A stretch of DNA of 64,000 nucleotides from an uncultured Verrucomicrobiae bacterium (GCA_963837955.1 CAWIPH010000002.1:2080001-2144000), one strand, 5' to 3'; positions 30,450 through 41,015 are shown, counted from the first letter of the stretch. The notes: generated by a model from the sequence alone, not told the origin. Made by a program: numbers and translations.

Positions 30450-31187
30450 TCACGCCCTCAAGCTTTCATGCCTTTCGTTGTCCGCCAGCGCTTCCAACAC
30501 CCGCTCCTTCCACATGCGAAACTCATGGTCTCCTCGGGATCGAGGACGGGGCAGATCGATCTGAAATAGGTGGCTGACACGTCCCGGTCGACCTTTTATC
30601 ACGATGATGTGATCGGCCAATAAAACGGCCTCATCGATGTCGTGGGTGACGAAGAAGAGGGTTAGCGATCGATTCGCCCACAGCTGCATGAGATGCTCTT
30701 GCAGACGGCTTCGAGTCGAAGCATCCAAAGCGCTGAATGGCTCATCAAGAAGGAGTAGCGAAGGCTTCCGGACCAACGCTCGGGCAATAGCGACTCGTTG
30801 GGCCATGCCTCCTGAGAGTTGGCGAGGATAGTAACGTGAGAACGCTCTGAGCCCTACTTGTTCCAATATTTCATCGGCCAGACGGCCGCTACCTTTTTTT
30901 CGGCTTGGTCCGAAACCGAACTTTACGTTTTGGTAAACATTGAGCCACGGCATCAGCCTCGGTTCCTGAAATACAATACCGAAAGGTATATTACTCCCGT
31001 TATCCCAGCAGATCTGGCCGGACGTTGGAGCTTCGAGCCCGGCCAGAACGCGAAGCAAGGTGCTTTTGCCCGAGCCGGTTGTGCCCACCATGACGGTAAC
31101 GCTGCCCGACTCAATCCGAAATTCCAGATCAGCAACTGCGGGTTGAAGACCGCCGTAATCCTTCGTGATTCCATTTACCCGGATCAT
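30450..31187 (-). CDS. ssuB: Sulfonate ABC transporter ATP-binding protein
   Basis: GTTGSGKST, LSGGMAQRV, LLDEPFSALD; ATGA overlap with permease. Confidence 0.88.
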   Translation of the reverse strand: MIRVNGITKDYGGLQPAVADLEFRIESGSVTVMVGTTGSGKSTLLRVLAGLEAPTSGQICWDNGSNIPFGIVFQEPRLMPWLNVYQNVKFGFGPSRKKGSGRLADEILEQVGLRAFSRYYPRQLSGGMAQRVAIARALVRKPSLLLLDEPFSALDASTRSRLQEHLMQLWANRSLTLFFVTHDIDEAVLLADHIIVIKGRPGRVSHLFQIDLPRPRSRGDHEFRMWKERVLEALADNERHESLRA

Positions 31188-32026
31188 ACCTGGTAAGCAT
31201 CCTGCCAACGCAATGTCCGGTCTGAAACCCAGGCCAGACAGCCATCCGTAATCTTCCCGCAAAGCGCGAAGAGAAGGATACTAGCGATTAACGTACTCGG
31301 ACGTCCTGTGGTTTGACCGTCGATCAACAGGAATCCGAGACCATGCGTGGCTCCCATGAGCTCCGCTGCGACCACAAACATCCAGGCTAGGCCCAATCCT
31401 TGACGAAGGCCCACGAAAATCGCCGGCAAGCTGGCCGGTAGCAGAACGTGGGCTGCTAAGGACCAGCCTCGAAAATCGTTCGCCAATGCGACCTCAACCA
31501 ACTTCCGATCAACACTCCGGATGCCAGTTACCACCGCCAGATAAAGAGGGAAGAACGCCCCGAGAGCGATTAGCAAAATTTTGGACGTTTCAAATATTCC
31601 GAACCAAAGAATGAACAACGGAACCCAGGCGTATGACGGCACACTGCGGATAGCCTGAACGGTAGGGTTGAGTAGCCGGTAGACTATTGGAATAATTCCC
31701 GAAATGGCTCCGAGCATGAGGGCAACCACGCTGCCCAGAGCAAAGCCAGCGAACACCCGCACGAATGTTGCCCAGAGATGCACCCAGATCTGGCCGGTCG
31801 TCGCCAGCGCCCAAATCTCACTCAGAATTTCGCTGGGAGAAGAAGTGATCGTTCGATCTAGCAAACCGAAACGGCTGCCAATCTCCCAAAGGCCCAGAGC
31901 GGACAGGGGAACGATCAGGCCCAGCGGATTTAGCTTCCGACGACGTGCCATCTGCGGCATCGGCGCTTCGCCGATTTCCGATCGCAGCGGATCAATTGAC
32001 TGAACACTGGGTGCTAATCCGCTCAT
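31184..32026 (-). CDS. ssuC: Sulfonate ABC transporter permease
   Basis: AWVPLFILWFGIFETSK, LPASLP, AWMFVVAAEL. Confidence 0.88.
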   Translation of the reverse strand: MSGLAPSVQSIDPLRSEIGEAPMPQMARRRKLNPLGLIVPLSALGLWEIGSRFGLLDRTITSSPSEILSEIWALATTGQIWVHLWATFVRVFAGFALGSVVALMLGAISGIIPIVYRLLNPTVQAIRSVPSYAWVPLFILWFGIFETSKILLIALGAFFPLYLAVVTGIRSVDRKLVEVALANDFRGWSLAAHVLLPASLPAIFVGLRQGLGLAWMFVVAAELMGATHGLGFLLIDGQTTGRPSTLIASILLFALCGKITDGCLAWVSDRTLRWQDAYQV

Positions 32027-32031
32027 TTCCG

Positions 32032-33141
32032 CTATCTTGCCGCGGCCACCCGATCGGTGAACGTCGGATCGATCAACTCGTTAGTGATCTTCTCTACGTC
32101 GGTATTTGCATCGACGATCCCGTTCGCCTTCAAGACGTTAGCCGAATCCAAGATCACTTGCCTTTGATTCGGGCCTATATTCGAGTCATTGAGATTGGTG
32201 CGCTCCCAGACCTTCGCAGCCACCTGCTGAGTCAGTTGAGCGGTTTTTTGTAAAATCGCTCGCGCTTCCTCTGGATGCTCCAAGCACCAAAGCCGCGCCT
32301 TTTCGTACTCCCGCAGAACGCGTTCCGTCACGTCAGGGTGTTCTAAAGCAAAGGCCTCCCGTACGTTTAAGACACCGAAACTGTTCCAGTCTGCATGCCG
32401 GAAGAACAGCTTGAATCCTTCGGTCACTTCCAGTTGGGCCATATAAGGATCAAGGCCAGCCCAAGCGTCAACTTCTTGACGCTCGAGCGCGGTCTTGCCA
32501 TCCGAATGCTGCAGCGGGACAATTTCGATATCCTTCTCGGTAAGGCCGGCGGATGCGAGTGATCGAAGAAGAAAAATATGCGGGTCGGTTCCTCGAGTGA
32601 CGGCGACACGCTTTCCGCGTAGGTCCTCGATACGCGAGATCCTGGAGGTAGGGCTGATCACAAGCGCCGTCCATTCGGATGCAGCATATACGTAGATGGC
32701 CTTAATCGGATTGCCGTTGGCGCGCCCGATAAATGCGGCTGCTCCAGCCGTAGACCCGAAATCGATGCTCTTACCACGAAGAAATTCGAGCGCTTTGTTA
32801 CTACCCAGGCTTTGAACCCATTCGACTCCGATCCCGCTTGGGCGCAGGTCTTCTTCGAGCCAGCCCTTTTCCTTAAGAACGAGGCTCACTGGGTTGTAAT
32901 AGGCCCAATCGAGTCTCACTTGATCTACTTGCCCAGCTTGTGCCGATGTCTGCGGAGCGAGCAGGATAACCGAGCCGAGTAAAGACGCTGTCCAAGGGGG
33001 CCACTGAAACAACCCCGGTTTTCCAGGCGTCTTGCAGGCGGCGATGAAACGGTGGAGACCGTAAAAAAGAATACTGATTTGATAGGGTTTCATCTGGGCC
33101 AAGGTGCGAGCAGAGCTGCTCGAAAGCAAGATATTTCCCAT
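32032..33141 (-). CDS. ssuA: Aliphatic sulfonate ABC transporter substrate-binding protein (true start may be downstream)
   Basis: LDWAYYNP, SLGSNKALEFL, TRGTDPH, AWAGLDP. Confidence 0.85.
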   Translation of the reverse strand: MGNILLSSSSARTLAQMKPYQISILFYGLHRFIAACKTPGKPGLFQWPPWTASLLGSVILLAPQTSAQAGQVDQVRLDWAYYNPVSLVLKEKGWLEEDLRPSGIGVEWVQSLGSNKALEFLRGKSIDFGSTAGAAAFIGRANGNPIKAIYVYAASEWTALVISPTSRISRIEDLRGKRVAVTRGTDPHIFLLRSLASAGLTEKDIEIVPLQHSDGKTALERQEVDAWAGLDPYMAQLEVTEGFKLFFRHADWNSFGVLNVREAFALEHPDVTERVLREYEKARLWCLEHPEEARAILQKTAQLTQQVAAKVWERTNLNDSNIGPNQRQVILDSANVLKANGIVDANTDVEKITNELIDPTFTDRVAAAR

Positions 33142-33182
33142 GGGAAACTAGGGCATTGACCCGTAGTCGGTTCTAATTTAAA

Positions 33183-33201
33183 GCCTACTATGTCAGTAGA
33201 C
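33183..33201. promoter_or_regulatory. Palindromic operator GCCTACT-N5-AGTAGAC
   Basis: Between divergent ssuA and atoE-like genes, overlapping ATG 33190; recurs at 40233-40251 and 40267-40285. Confidence 0.7.
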
Positions 33202-34590
33202 ATAAAATCCGAAGAAACCGCTCCACAGGTCTCGGTTGACCGGCGTTCGCCCCTCGAGCGCCTAACTTCTTTTTTTGTCCAGCTGTTCGAACGCTACACT
33301 CCCGATCCCTATATCTTGGCCGTCGGATTGACCATTCTGACGGCGATACTGGCGGCTTTTTTTGCGCCCAAAGGATCACTGCCCACGATTCTTACGGGAT
33401 GGTATGCCGGCTTGTTCAGCATATTGGCATTCGCGTTCCAGGTGTTGCTGATTTTGGTGGCGGGGTACGCGCTCTCGACCTCTCGACCGATTCGATCGCT
33501 CTTGAGCTGGCTTGCGTCTATTGGGTCTACCCCGCGTCGCGCCATCGTCGTGACGATCGTGACGGTTTTCATCGCATCGTTCTTGAATTGGGGATTTGGT
33601 CTAGTCGTCGCGGGTTTACTCACGCGAGAGATCGCCAAACGGATTCGGATCGACTTCGGATGGCTGGTCGGGGGCGCCTATTCTGGGTGGATGATTTTTT
33701 CGAGCGGATTCTCCAGTTCGATCGCGCTGTCACAAGCCACTCCTGGCTCAAGTTTGAATATTGTGCAGAAAATCACCGGCCAGGTATTGCCGCTGGAATC
33801 GATGCTTTTTACTCCCCTGAATTTGGCAACAACGTTTGTTTTGTTCATCGCGTTGCCGTTTCTTTTTGTAGCTATCCAACCTGGTGAGAGCGGTGCTCAG
33901 GTTGCCAACCTCAAGGATTCAGCGGCCGAGGATCAGGAGAGATCACCGGAAACGATGGGACCGCGAACGTTCGCGCGGAAGCTGGAAGAAGCCTGGATCT
34001 TGAATGTGATCTTTGTAGTGGCCGGGATTGCAGCCCTCGGATTTATCTGGCACGAAAACGGATTCTCTCTGGATATCAATTCGGTCATTTTTCTGTTTCT
34101 CATTGCAGGACTGCTCTTGCACTGGCGACCCATTGCTTACGTCGAAGCGATTAACAACGCGGCGCGAATTACCGGTCCGTTGATTCTCCAATATCCAATC
34201 TACGGAGGGATTATGGGGATCATGACTAGCACCGGCTTAGCCGATGTTTTAGCGAAAGGCTTTATTCAGTTTGCGAACGCCCATACCTTACCGTTTTGGA
34301 ATTTTATTGCGTCGTTAATTATCAGCCTGTTTGTGCCAAGTGCAGGTGGTCATTGGGCGGTGCAAGGGCCGTTTACCGTGCCCGCAGCGGTCGGGTTGCA
34401 TGCCTCGCAAGCCGCGACGGCGATGGGTGTGGCCTATGGGGAACAGGTAGCCGACATGATTCAACCCTTCTGGGCATTGCCGGTGGTTGCGGTCGCCGGA
34501 ATAAGCATACGGCGAGTGATGGGGTTCACCGTGATGAGTTTTCTTCTCGGTGTTGTATTGTTTGGAGCAGCGTTACTTATCTTTGTCTAA
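33190..34590 (+). CDS. AtoE-family (short-chain fatty acid) transporter
   Basis: ERYTPDPY, NWGFGLV, QYPIYGGIMGIM, FVPSAGGHWAVQGP, QPFWALP. Confidence 0.88.
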   Translation: MSVDIKSEETAPQVSVDRRSPLERLTSFFVQLFERYTPDPYILAVGLTILTAILAAFFAPKGSLPTILTGWYAGLFSILAFAFQVLLILVAGYALSTSRPIRSLLSWLASIGSTPRRAIVVTIVTVFIASFLNWGFGLVVAGLLTREIAKRIRIDFGWLVGGAYSGWMIFSSGFSSSIALSQATPGSSLNIVQKITGQVLPLESMLFTPLNLATTFVLFIALPFLFVAIQPGESGAQVANLKDSAAEDQERSPETMGPRTFARKLEEAWILNVIFVVAGIAALGFIWHENGFSLDINSVIFLFLIAGLLLHWRPIAYVEAINNAARITGPLILQYPIYGGIMGIMTSTGLADVLAKGFIQFANAHTLPFWNFIASLIISLFVPSAGGHWAVQGPFTVPAAVGLHASQAATAMGVAYGEQVADMIQPFWALPVVAVAGISIRRVMGFTVMSFLLGVVLFGAALLIFV

Positions 34591-34607
34591 GTCGGCACCA
34601 CAAACAG

Positions 34608-35837
34608 ATGGCAGTCGCATTATCGCAGATTACTCTAAAACATAATTTCAGTATGGCGGAAGCGCATCGAATCAGGAGCGAACAGGAAGCGTTGGAAGCT
34701 GCTCGTCGCGTTGCCGAACAAATCCGGCCAGGATCAGCGGCTCGCGATAAGGACCGGCGATTGCCGTTTGAGGAAATTGAATGGTTTTCTCAGAGCGGAC
34801 TTTGGGGGATCACCGTGCCCAAAGAATATGGGGGTGCCGGCGTATCCACTGCGACTTTCGCAGAGGTCGTCGCCATCATTTCCGAGGCGGACGCTTCTTT
34901 GGGACAGATTCCTCAGAATCACTATGCCAACGTAGAAGAGATTCGACTGGTGGGCAGCGAAGCGCAGAAAGCTTTTTTCTTCGAGCGGATTCTAAAAGGA
35001 GATCGCCTAGGGAATGCGGCGGTCGAGCGTTCAGGAAAAACTGTCTTGGAGAATCAGACGCGACTTGTGCCGGACGGGGATGGTTATCTACTGAGTGGCG
35101 AAAAATTTTACTGCACCGGTGCACTCTTCGCAGATTGGGTGCCCGTTCGGGTGACCGATCTTGATGGAAACAGGGTTGTAGCAATTGTTAGTCGGCGAAG
35201 TGAAGGCCTCACCGTGGTTGATGACTGGTCGAGCTTTGGGCAACGAACCACCGCAAGCGGGACCGTCATCCTCAAGGACGTACATGTAACCAAAGATCAG
35301 ATCTTGTGTTCCTATCAGGCATATAGGCAGCCGACTACTCGTGGTCCGTTTTCGCAAATTATCCATGTTGCGATTGATATCGGGATTGCCAGGGCGGCGA
35401 TCAGCGAAACGGTCCGGCTCGTCAGAACTCAATCGCGACCATGGATTGATGCAAACGTAGAGCGCGCTAGCGAAGACCCGCTGACGATTCATCAGATCGG
35501 AGAGCTTCATTATCAGTTGCATGGCGCGGAAGCTCTCATGGAAAGAGCCGCATCGAAGGTTGACCGAGCCGCCGCGGTTCTGGGCGAAGCAACGGTCACT
35601 ATAGCCGCACTCGCGGTGGCAGAGGCAAAAATAGCGGCGACCGAAATCGCGATTCTGGCGACGAACAAACTGTTCGAGTTAGCTGGGACCCAATCCACTT
35701 TGGAGAAATACCAATTGGATCGCCACTGGCGGAATGCGCGGGTTCATACCCTCCATGACCCAGTCCGGTGGAAGTATCATGCAATTGGAAACTACTATCT
35801 GAATGACATTGCGCCGCCGCGTCATGCCTGGCTATGA
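34608..35837 (+). CDS. SfnB/DszC-like acyl-CoA-dehydrogenase-fold sulfur acquisition oxidoreductase
   Basis: SGLWGITVPKEYGG, DDWSSFGQRTTASGT, LDRHWRNARVHTLHDP. Confidence 0.9.
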   Translation: MAVALSQITLKHNFSMAEAHRIRSEQEALEAARRVAEQIRPGSAARDKDRRLPFEEIEWFSQSGLWGITVPKEYGGAGVSTATFAEVVAIISEADASLGQIPQNHYANVEEIRLVGSEAQKAFFFERILKGDRLGNAAVERSGKTVLENQTRLVPDGDGYLLSGEKFYCTGALFADWVPVRVTDLDGNRVVAIVSRRSEGLTVVDDWSSFGQRTTASGTVILKDVHVTKDQILCSYQAYRQPTTRGPFSQIIHVAIDIGIARAAISETVRLVRTQSRPWIDANVERASEDPLTIHQIGELHYQLHGAEALMERAASKVDRAAAVLGEATVTIAALAVAEAKIAATEIAILATNKLFELAGTQSTLEKYQLDRHWRNARVHTLHDPVRWKYHAIGNYYLNDIAPPRHAWL

Positions 35838-37189
35838 GGAAGGAAATTCGGTTCAACGCATTTGCGATGAATTGCGTGGGACACATGGCGCCTGGTCTCT
35901 GGCGCCACCCGAGAGATCGCTCGGATCGATACATAGACTTGAATCATTGGACCGAGCTGGCTCAATTATTAGAGCGCGGTAAGTTTGATGGTCTGTTCCT
36001 GGCAGATGTCCTCGGGCCATATGACGTTTACCGCGGGAGCGCCGATGCAGCGATTCATAGTGCAATCCAGATCCCGGTAAATGATCCACTCCTGATCGTG
36101 TCAGCGATGGCTGGTGTCACGCAACATCTAGGGTTCGGGGTGACCTGTGCGCTGACCTATGAACATCCGTACCCTTTCGCTCGCAGAGCCTCCACCCTGG
36201 ATCATCTGACCAAAGGTCGATTTGCCTGGAACATTGTTTCCGGTTACCTGGATAGTGCTGCCCGGAATTTTGGTCTCGATCAACAGACCCAGCACGATGA
36301 CCGGTATGAGTTGGCTGAAGAATACCTGGAGGTTTGTTATAAGCTTTGGGAGCGGAGCTGGGGAAATGACGCCGTCAAACGGGATCGAAAGAGTGGAATC
36401 TTCGCGGATCCGAGCAAGGTCCGGGGCATCGGTCACTCCGGAAAATATTTTAAGGTCCCTGGCTTCAACCTGAGTGAGCCTTCACCTCAACGGACGCCGG
36501 TACTCTATCAGGCTGGGGCGTCGCGGCGCGGAAAAGATTTTGCCGCAAAACATGCGGAATGCGTATTCGTGTCAGGCCCGTCCGCGGCCATAGTGAAAAA
36601 ATATGTTCAGGATCTGCGGCAGCGCGCAACGGAGCTCGGTCGGGGACAGATTCTCGTCTTCGCCATGTTTACCATCATCGTGGCTCCTACCGAAAGCGAG
36701 GCCGCGGAGAAGCTGCATGAATATCGGTCGTACATCGACCATGAAGGCGCGTTGGCCTTGATGTCCGGATGGACCGGCGTCGACCTGAGCGCGTATGACC
36801 TGGATGAGGAGTTGCGTCCGACCAAAACCAACGCCAACCAGTCCGCGCTTGAATCGTTCACGGTAAGCGACCCTAACCGTCGTTGGAAGATCAGGGAGAT
36901 TGCCGAGTTTGTCGGGCTGGGCGGACGCGGTCCGGTAGTAGCCGGGTCCACGGAACGGGTCGCGGACCTGCTCGAACAGTGGGTAGAGGAGACCGATGTT
37001 GATGGATTCAATTTAACCTACGCTGTGATGCCGGAGACCTACGAACATATCGTCGACCTGCTGGTTCCGGAACTTCAACGTCGCGGTGTGTACAAAAAGG
37101 AATATCGACCCGGGCCGCTGCGAGAGAAGCTGTTTCACCAAGGTCCCTATTTGCCCGTAACCCATCCAGGGCGACGAGTGATGGAGTGA
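35834..37189 (+). CDS. NtaA/DmoA/DszA-family flavin-dependent monooxygenase
   Basis: GLWRHP, LERGKFDGLFLAD, STLDHLTKGR, PSPQRTPVLYQAGAS, VPELQRRG. Confidence 0.92.
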   Translation: MRKEIRFNAFAMNCVGHMAPGLWRHPRDRSDRYIDLNHWTELAQLLERGKFDGLFLADVLGPYDVYRGSADAAIHSAIQIPVNDPLLIVSAMAGVTQHLGFGVTCALTYEHPYPFARRASTLDHLTKGRFAWNIVSGYLDSAARNFGLDQQTQHDDRYELAEEYLEVCYKLWERSWGNDAVKRDRKSGIFADPSKVRGIGHSGKYFKVPGFNLSEPSPQRTPVLYQAGASRRGKDFAAKHAECVFVSGPSAAIVKKYVQDLRQRATELGRGQILVFAMFTIIVAPTESEAAEKLHEYRSYIDHEGALALMSGWTGVDLSAYDLDEELRPTKTNANQSALESFTVSDPNRRWKIREIAEFVGLGGRGPVVAGSTERVADLLEQWVEETDVDGFNLTYAVMPETYEHIVDLLVPELQRRGVYKKEYRPGPLREKLFHQGPYLPVTHPGRRVME

Positions 37190-37249
37190 CGGCGTGATGG
37201 GAGGGATCGCGTCCTCGCGATCCGCCGCTGAAAGCGCGCGACAATCGCT

Positions 37250-37729
37250 TCATTCTTCACCGTCATAGTACTCCACCGGTTCGGAGCGAATCACTCTGCG
37301 CTCGGGCGAACGCACGATCCATTTCTGGCTGTCCGGAAAATAGTTAGACTCGCCAATCGGATTGTCCGCCACGACGTAAAGGATGAGATCTTGCGTGCCG
37401 TCGTTGATGAGCTGGTGGGGTTGGCCGGGCTCGAAGACAAATGCGTCGCCAGCTTCGATTGCAGTCGTTCCATCCTCATGCCGGACGCTGCCGTTGCCCG
37501 AGATCACGTGATAAAATTCCCATTGCACACTATGAGAGTGATAGGGGTAAGGGGTCTTGCCCGGAGGGATGCGACAGATCTCGATATCAAAGGGATGCCG
37601 TTCCTTGAGGTCCGTCGATTGGGGGTTACGTCCCAAAGCTTCTGAGACTTGTTTGCCAGCACCGACGAACTTTCCTTTTGGCGAAGACCAGGAAATCTCG
37701 GGCATATCTTTCGTGTTGATCTTACGCAT
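37250..37729 (-). CDS. Cupin domain protein
   Basis: PYHSHSVQWEFY..PGQPHQLIN. Confidence 0.88.
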   Translation of the reverse strand: MRKINTKDMPEISWSSPKGKFVGAGKQVSEALGRNPQSTDLKERHPFDIEICRIPPGKTPYPYHSHSVQWEFYHVISGNGSVRHEDGTTAIEAGDAFVFEPGQPHQLINDGTQDLILYVVADNPIGESNYFPDSQKWIVRSPERRVIRSEPVEYYDGEE

Positions 37730-37998
37730 ACTTTTTTCGCCTGACGATCCCAGCAGATCCAAAGACCACGACGCTGTCAACGGCCGTTTCTACATCCGAA
37801 ATAATCGGGAAGAATGGAGAGTTTGAACGGTAGCGCCGACAGTCCTGTTGTATCCCATGATCCGCCGAGCTTGAGACGCTTGCGCGAAGCGATTGGCTCA
37901 ACGCTTCTACAAATCGCAGTCGCCGTCGTGTTGTGGGAGTCGGGACGAATGGCTCAAACCCGGCGTGCGCAACGTATGAGTGTGAGACGCCCAAAGTA

Positions 37999-38019
37999 CG
38001 CCGAGGTTTTCGCCCTACC
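37999..38019. repeat. GTAG-type REP-like unit (CGCCGAGGTTTTCGCCCTACC)
   Basis: Exact reverse complement at 60761-60781; related units at 14-30 and 60922-60938. Confidence 0.7.
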
Positions 38020-38042
38020 GATCGTGGGCTAACGACACGCCA

Positions 38043-39158
38043 TCACTTCACCGGCTTTAAATCCCCAAACGGACCGACGTAAGAAGTCGCCGTCTGTTTG
38101 GGCAAATGGTCGATTGGCAGGAGAGGGAAGAGAAGTTCAGCGACCCGGTACGCCTCCTCTAGATGAGGGTATCCCGACAGGATGAAAGTCTCGATTCCGA
38201 GGTCGGCGTACTCTTTCAGTCTCGCTGCAACTGTTTCCGGATCTCCGACCAGCGCGGTGCCTGCTCCACCTCGGAGCAAACCGACTCCGGCCCAAAGATT
38301 CGGGGCAATCTCCAGGCAATCGCGCTGACCACCATGGAGTTGGACCATGCGTTTCTGTCCTTCCGAATCGAAACGGGAAAACGTCTTCTGTGCAGCTTCG
38401 ATACTTTCGTCCGAAACATAACGCAAAAGGTCGTTGGCAGCTTCCCACGCTTTCTCTTCGGTCTCGCGCACGATGATGTGTACTCGCAAACCGAAACGGA
38501 GCGATCGACCGAAAGATGCAGCCGCTTCTCTGGCTGCGTCGATTTTGGCAGCCACATCGGCCGGCGGTTCGCCCCAGGTGAGATAGACATCAACATGCTC
38601 ACCAGCTATCCGTTGACCCGCTGGGGATGAGCCTCCAAACCAGAGTTCCGGGTACGGTTTCTGAACCCCGGGCCGGAAAAGCTTGGCATCCTGAACCTGC
38701 AGATAGGACCCGGCAAAGTCGACCGACTCCCCAGCCAGCACACGCCGAAAGATGTGGAGAAACTCGCCGGTCAGTTCATACCGTTGATCGTGTTTGAGAT
38801 GCAGTCCGTCACCAGCCAGTTCGACTGGATCACCGCCCGCAACCACATTGATCAGCAATCTGCCGTTTGAGAATTGGTCAAACGTTGCCACCATCCGCGC
38901 GGTAATCGTCGGCGTCATGAGGCCGGGCCTGATCGCGATTAGGAAACGCATCTTCTGGGTGGCCGGAATTAGCGCGGCCGCAACGATCCAAGAGTCATCG
39001 CAGGTGCGCCCAGTGGGCAACAGCGCGCCGTAATAGCCGAGCGAATCGACAGCCTCAGCAATCTGGCGGAGATAAACAAAATTCGTTTCTCGCGCGCCTT
39101 GGATGGCGCCGAGATAGCGACCGTCCCCGAATGTGGGAAGGAACCAAAGTAGTTTCAT
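38043..39158 (-). CDS. ssuD: FMNH2-dependent alkanesulfonate monooxygenase
   Basis: [53 protein letters not shown]. Confidence 0.93.
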   Translation of the reverse strand: MKLLWFLPTFGDGRYLGAIQGARETNFVYLRQIAEAVDSLGYYGALLPTGRTCDDSWIVAAALIPATQKMRFLIAIRPGLMTPTITARMVATFDQFSNGRLLINVVAGGDPVELAGDGLHLKHDQRYELTGEFLHIFRRVLAGESVDFAGSYLQVQDAKLFRPGVQKPYPELWFGGSSPAGQRIAGEHVDVYLTWGEPPADVAAKIDAAREAAASFGRSLRFGLRVHIIVRETEEKAWEAANDLLRYVSDESIEAAQKTFSRFDSEGQKRMVQLHGGQRDCLEIAPNLWAGVGLLRGGAGTALVGDPETVAARLKEYADLGIETFILSGYPHLEEAYRVAELLFPLLPIDHLPKQTATSYVGPFGDLKPVK

Positions 39159-40216
39159 TGGGCGTGAGCGGTTGATGTTCCTGACGGCAGGCGCAATACA
39201 GCGTCTGCGACATTCACCTGCTTAGGAATCAGTTTCAGCGAATAGAAGGTATCCGCGATGGCTTGTTGATCGGAAACGACTTGATCGCTGATTGATTGAA
39301 AACCCCACGATTGGCGCCGGACAACAATGTTGATTACCTCTTCACTCATCCCTAGTTGCGGGGCGAGATAACGGACGATTTCATCCGGTTTGGCTGCTGT
39401 CCAAATAGCGCATCGATCGATAGCGTCGCGCAGAGAGAGCAGGATGTCTGGATGTACCTGAGAAAAATTTCTATCCGCCAGGAAGAATTCGCGGTTAGCG
39501 ATGATGTTCTCGCCATCTTGCACAATCCTCGCTCCGGTTTTCGCGATGGCCGCTGTTAAGAACGGATCCCAGATTGCCCATGCGTCAACGCTCCCGCCTT
39601 CGAAGGCAGCCCAGGCGTCGGAAGGTGGCAGGTAGGTAGGAGTGATATCCTCGAGTTTCAATCCATTCTTTTCCAAGACTTTGACCAGGAAAAAATGGAC
39701 GTTAGACCCCTTGTTTAGCACGATCCGCTTGCCGCGGAGGTCCCGAACATTATGGACCGGAGAATCGTTCTTTACTAAAAGAGCCTCACCTTTTGGGTAG
39801 GGAGGCTGGTTGCCGAAATAGACAAAATTCACGCCCGCTGCCTGCGCGAAAACCGGTGGCGCCTCGCCGGCGTTCCCAAAATCAATACTGCCGGCATTCA
39901 ATGCTTCCATCAACGCTGGGCCAGCCGTGAAAAGAATCCAGGTAACTTTCACTCCTTTGGCAGACAAAGATTTCTCGAAACTGCCCTCCGCCTTAACCAC
40001 ATTGAGCGTGCCGTATTTCTGATAACCGATGCGTACGGCTGAAGGTTGATTACTCTCGGCATGGGCCAGGGTACCAAAGAGCACCATGGCGAACCCAAAC
40101 CAAAGACTGGTAGGGCGAAACACGCCATTGAGCGACAGCGAGATCAGGCGTGTGAGCCAAACGAACTGGCCGTAAGAGCTCACAGCCCGGCGATTCACGA
40201 TTTCGGCGGCAGACAT
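39155..40216 (-). CDS. ssuA: Aliphatic sulfonate ABC substrate-binding protein
   Basis: [36 protein letters not shown]. Confidence 0.9.
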   Translation of the reverse strand: MSAAEIVNRRAVSSYGQFVWLTRLISLSLNGVFRPTSLWFGFAMVLFGTLAHAESNQPSAVRIGYQKYGTLNVVKAEGSFEKSLSAKGVKVTWILFTAGPALMEALNAGSIDFGNAGEAPPVFAQAAGVNFVYFGNQPPYPKGEALLVKNDSPVHNVRDLRGKRIVLNKGSNVHFFLVKVLEKNGLKLEDITPTYLPPSDAWAAFEGGSVDAWAIWDPFLTAAIAKTGARIVQDGENIIANREFFLADRNFSQVHPDILLSLRDAIDRCAIWTAAKPDEIVRYLAPQLGMSEEVINIVVRRQSWGFQSISDQVVSDQQAIADTFYSLKLIPKQVNVADAVLRLPSGTSTAHAQ

Positions 40217-40232
40217 ACTCGGATCGAAATAT

Positions 40233-40285
40233 GTCTACTGATTCAGTAGGCAATTCAACCAAAAAAGCCTACTTTATTAGTATAG
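40233..40285. promoter_or_regulatory. Two copies of the sulfur-cluster operator upstream of ssuA-ssuD
   Basis: GTCTACT-GATTC-AGTAGGC and GCCTACT-TTATT-AGTATAG. Confidence 0.7.
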
Positions 40286-40313
40286 TTACGGCTCTGTGCG
40301 TTGAAATAGCAAA

Positions 40314-40371
40314 GTAGCCTGATGCAGCGTAGCCTGAGCCGGGAGCATCAGGCTACGCTGCATCAGCCTAC
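40314..40371. repeat. GTAG-initiated long hairpin repeat
   Basis: GTAGCCTGATGCAGCGTAGCCTGA..TCAGGCTACGCTGCATCAGCCTAC; homologous to 63560-63600 and 63715-63740. Confidence 0.8.
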
Positions 40372-41015
40372 CTCGTTCGCTTCCGCTTCCACGGTGCTAG
40401 CCGATTCTGCAAGTAGCTGCTAAGCACGAATTCCATCTCTTCCATCACGGCTTTAGCATCTCGGCGGGGGACATGCTGGCTCAGGGCGTTCGCGGCTTTG
40501 GCCAACTGCACGGTCACATCGGCGATATGTCGCAGCCGTTCCGCCGGTATATTTGGCGCGAAGACTTGCAAGAAGCGTTGGACGTTTCGGGTAAAGATCG
40601 CTCGGGCCTCGGCCCGGAGACTTGGACGCGAGAATAATGAAGTAGACTCAATCAGTTCGGAAAAGGCTGGGCGCTCCCGGAAGAATTCGATGCGATCGAC
40701 GATCAATGCGTGGGCAAATTCTTTGAGGTCCATGCTCGCCATCCGTTCATCGAAATCTTCCCATAACGCCGACATTTCGCTGAGGTAACGGGAGAGAAGG
40801 CCCTCCGCGACTGCTTCTTTGCTGGGAAAGAATTGGTAGAGAGATCCGATCGGTGCCCCAGCCTTTTCGGCGATGGAGCTCATGGTGGCTGCGCGGTATC
40901 CGGTTTGCGCAAAAACCTCGGCGGCAGCTGCTAAGAGGGCAGCCACCCGGCGTTCGCCCCTTTTCTGACGCGGTTGCTTAGGTTGAGCATTTGACAAATA
41001 TGAGGGAGGCGTCAT
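40368..41015 (-). CDS. TetR/AcrR family regulator
   Basis: AAAEVFAQTGY..IAEKAGAPIGSLYQFFPSKE. Confidence 0.93.
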   Translation of the reverse strand: MTPPSYLSNAQPKQPRQKRGERRVAALLAAAAEVFAQTGYRAATMSSIAEKAGAPIGSLYQFFPSKEAVAEGLLSRYLSEMSALWEDFDERMASMDLKEFAHALIVDRIEFFRERPAFSELIESTSLFSRPSLRAEARAIFTRNVQRFLQVFAPNIPAERLRHIADVTVQLAKAANALSQHVPRRDAKAVMEEMEFVLSSYLQNRLAPWKRKRTR

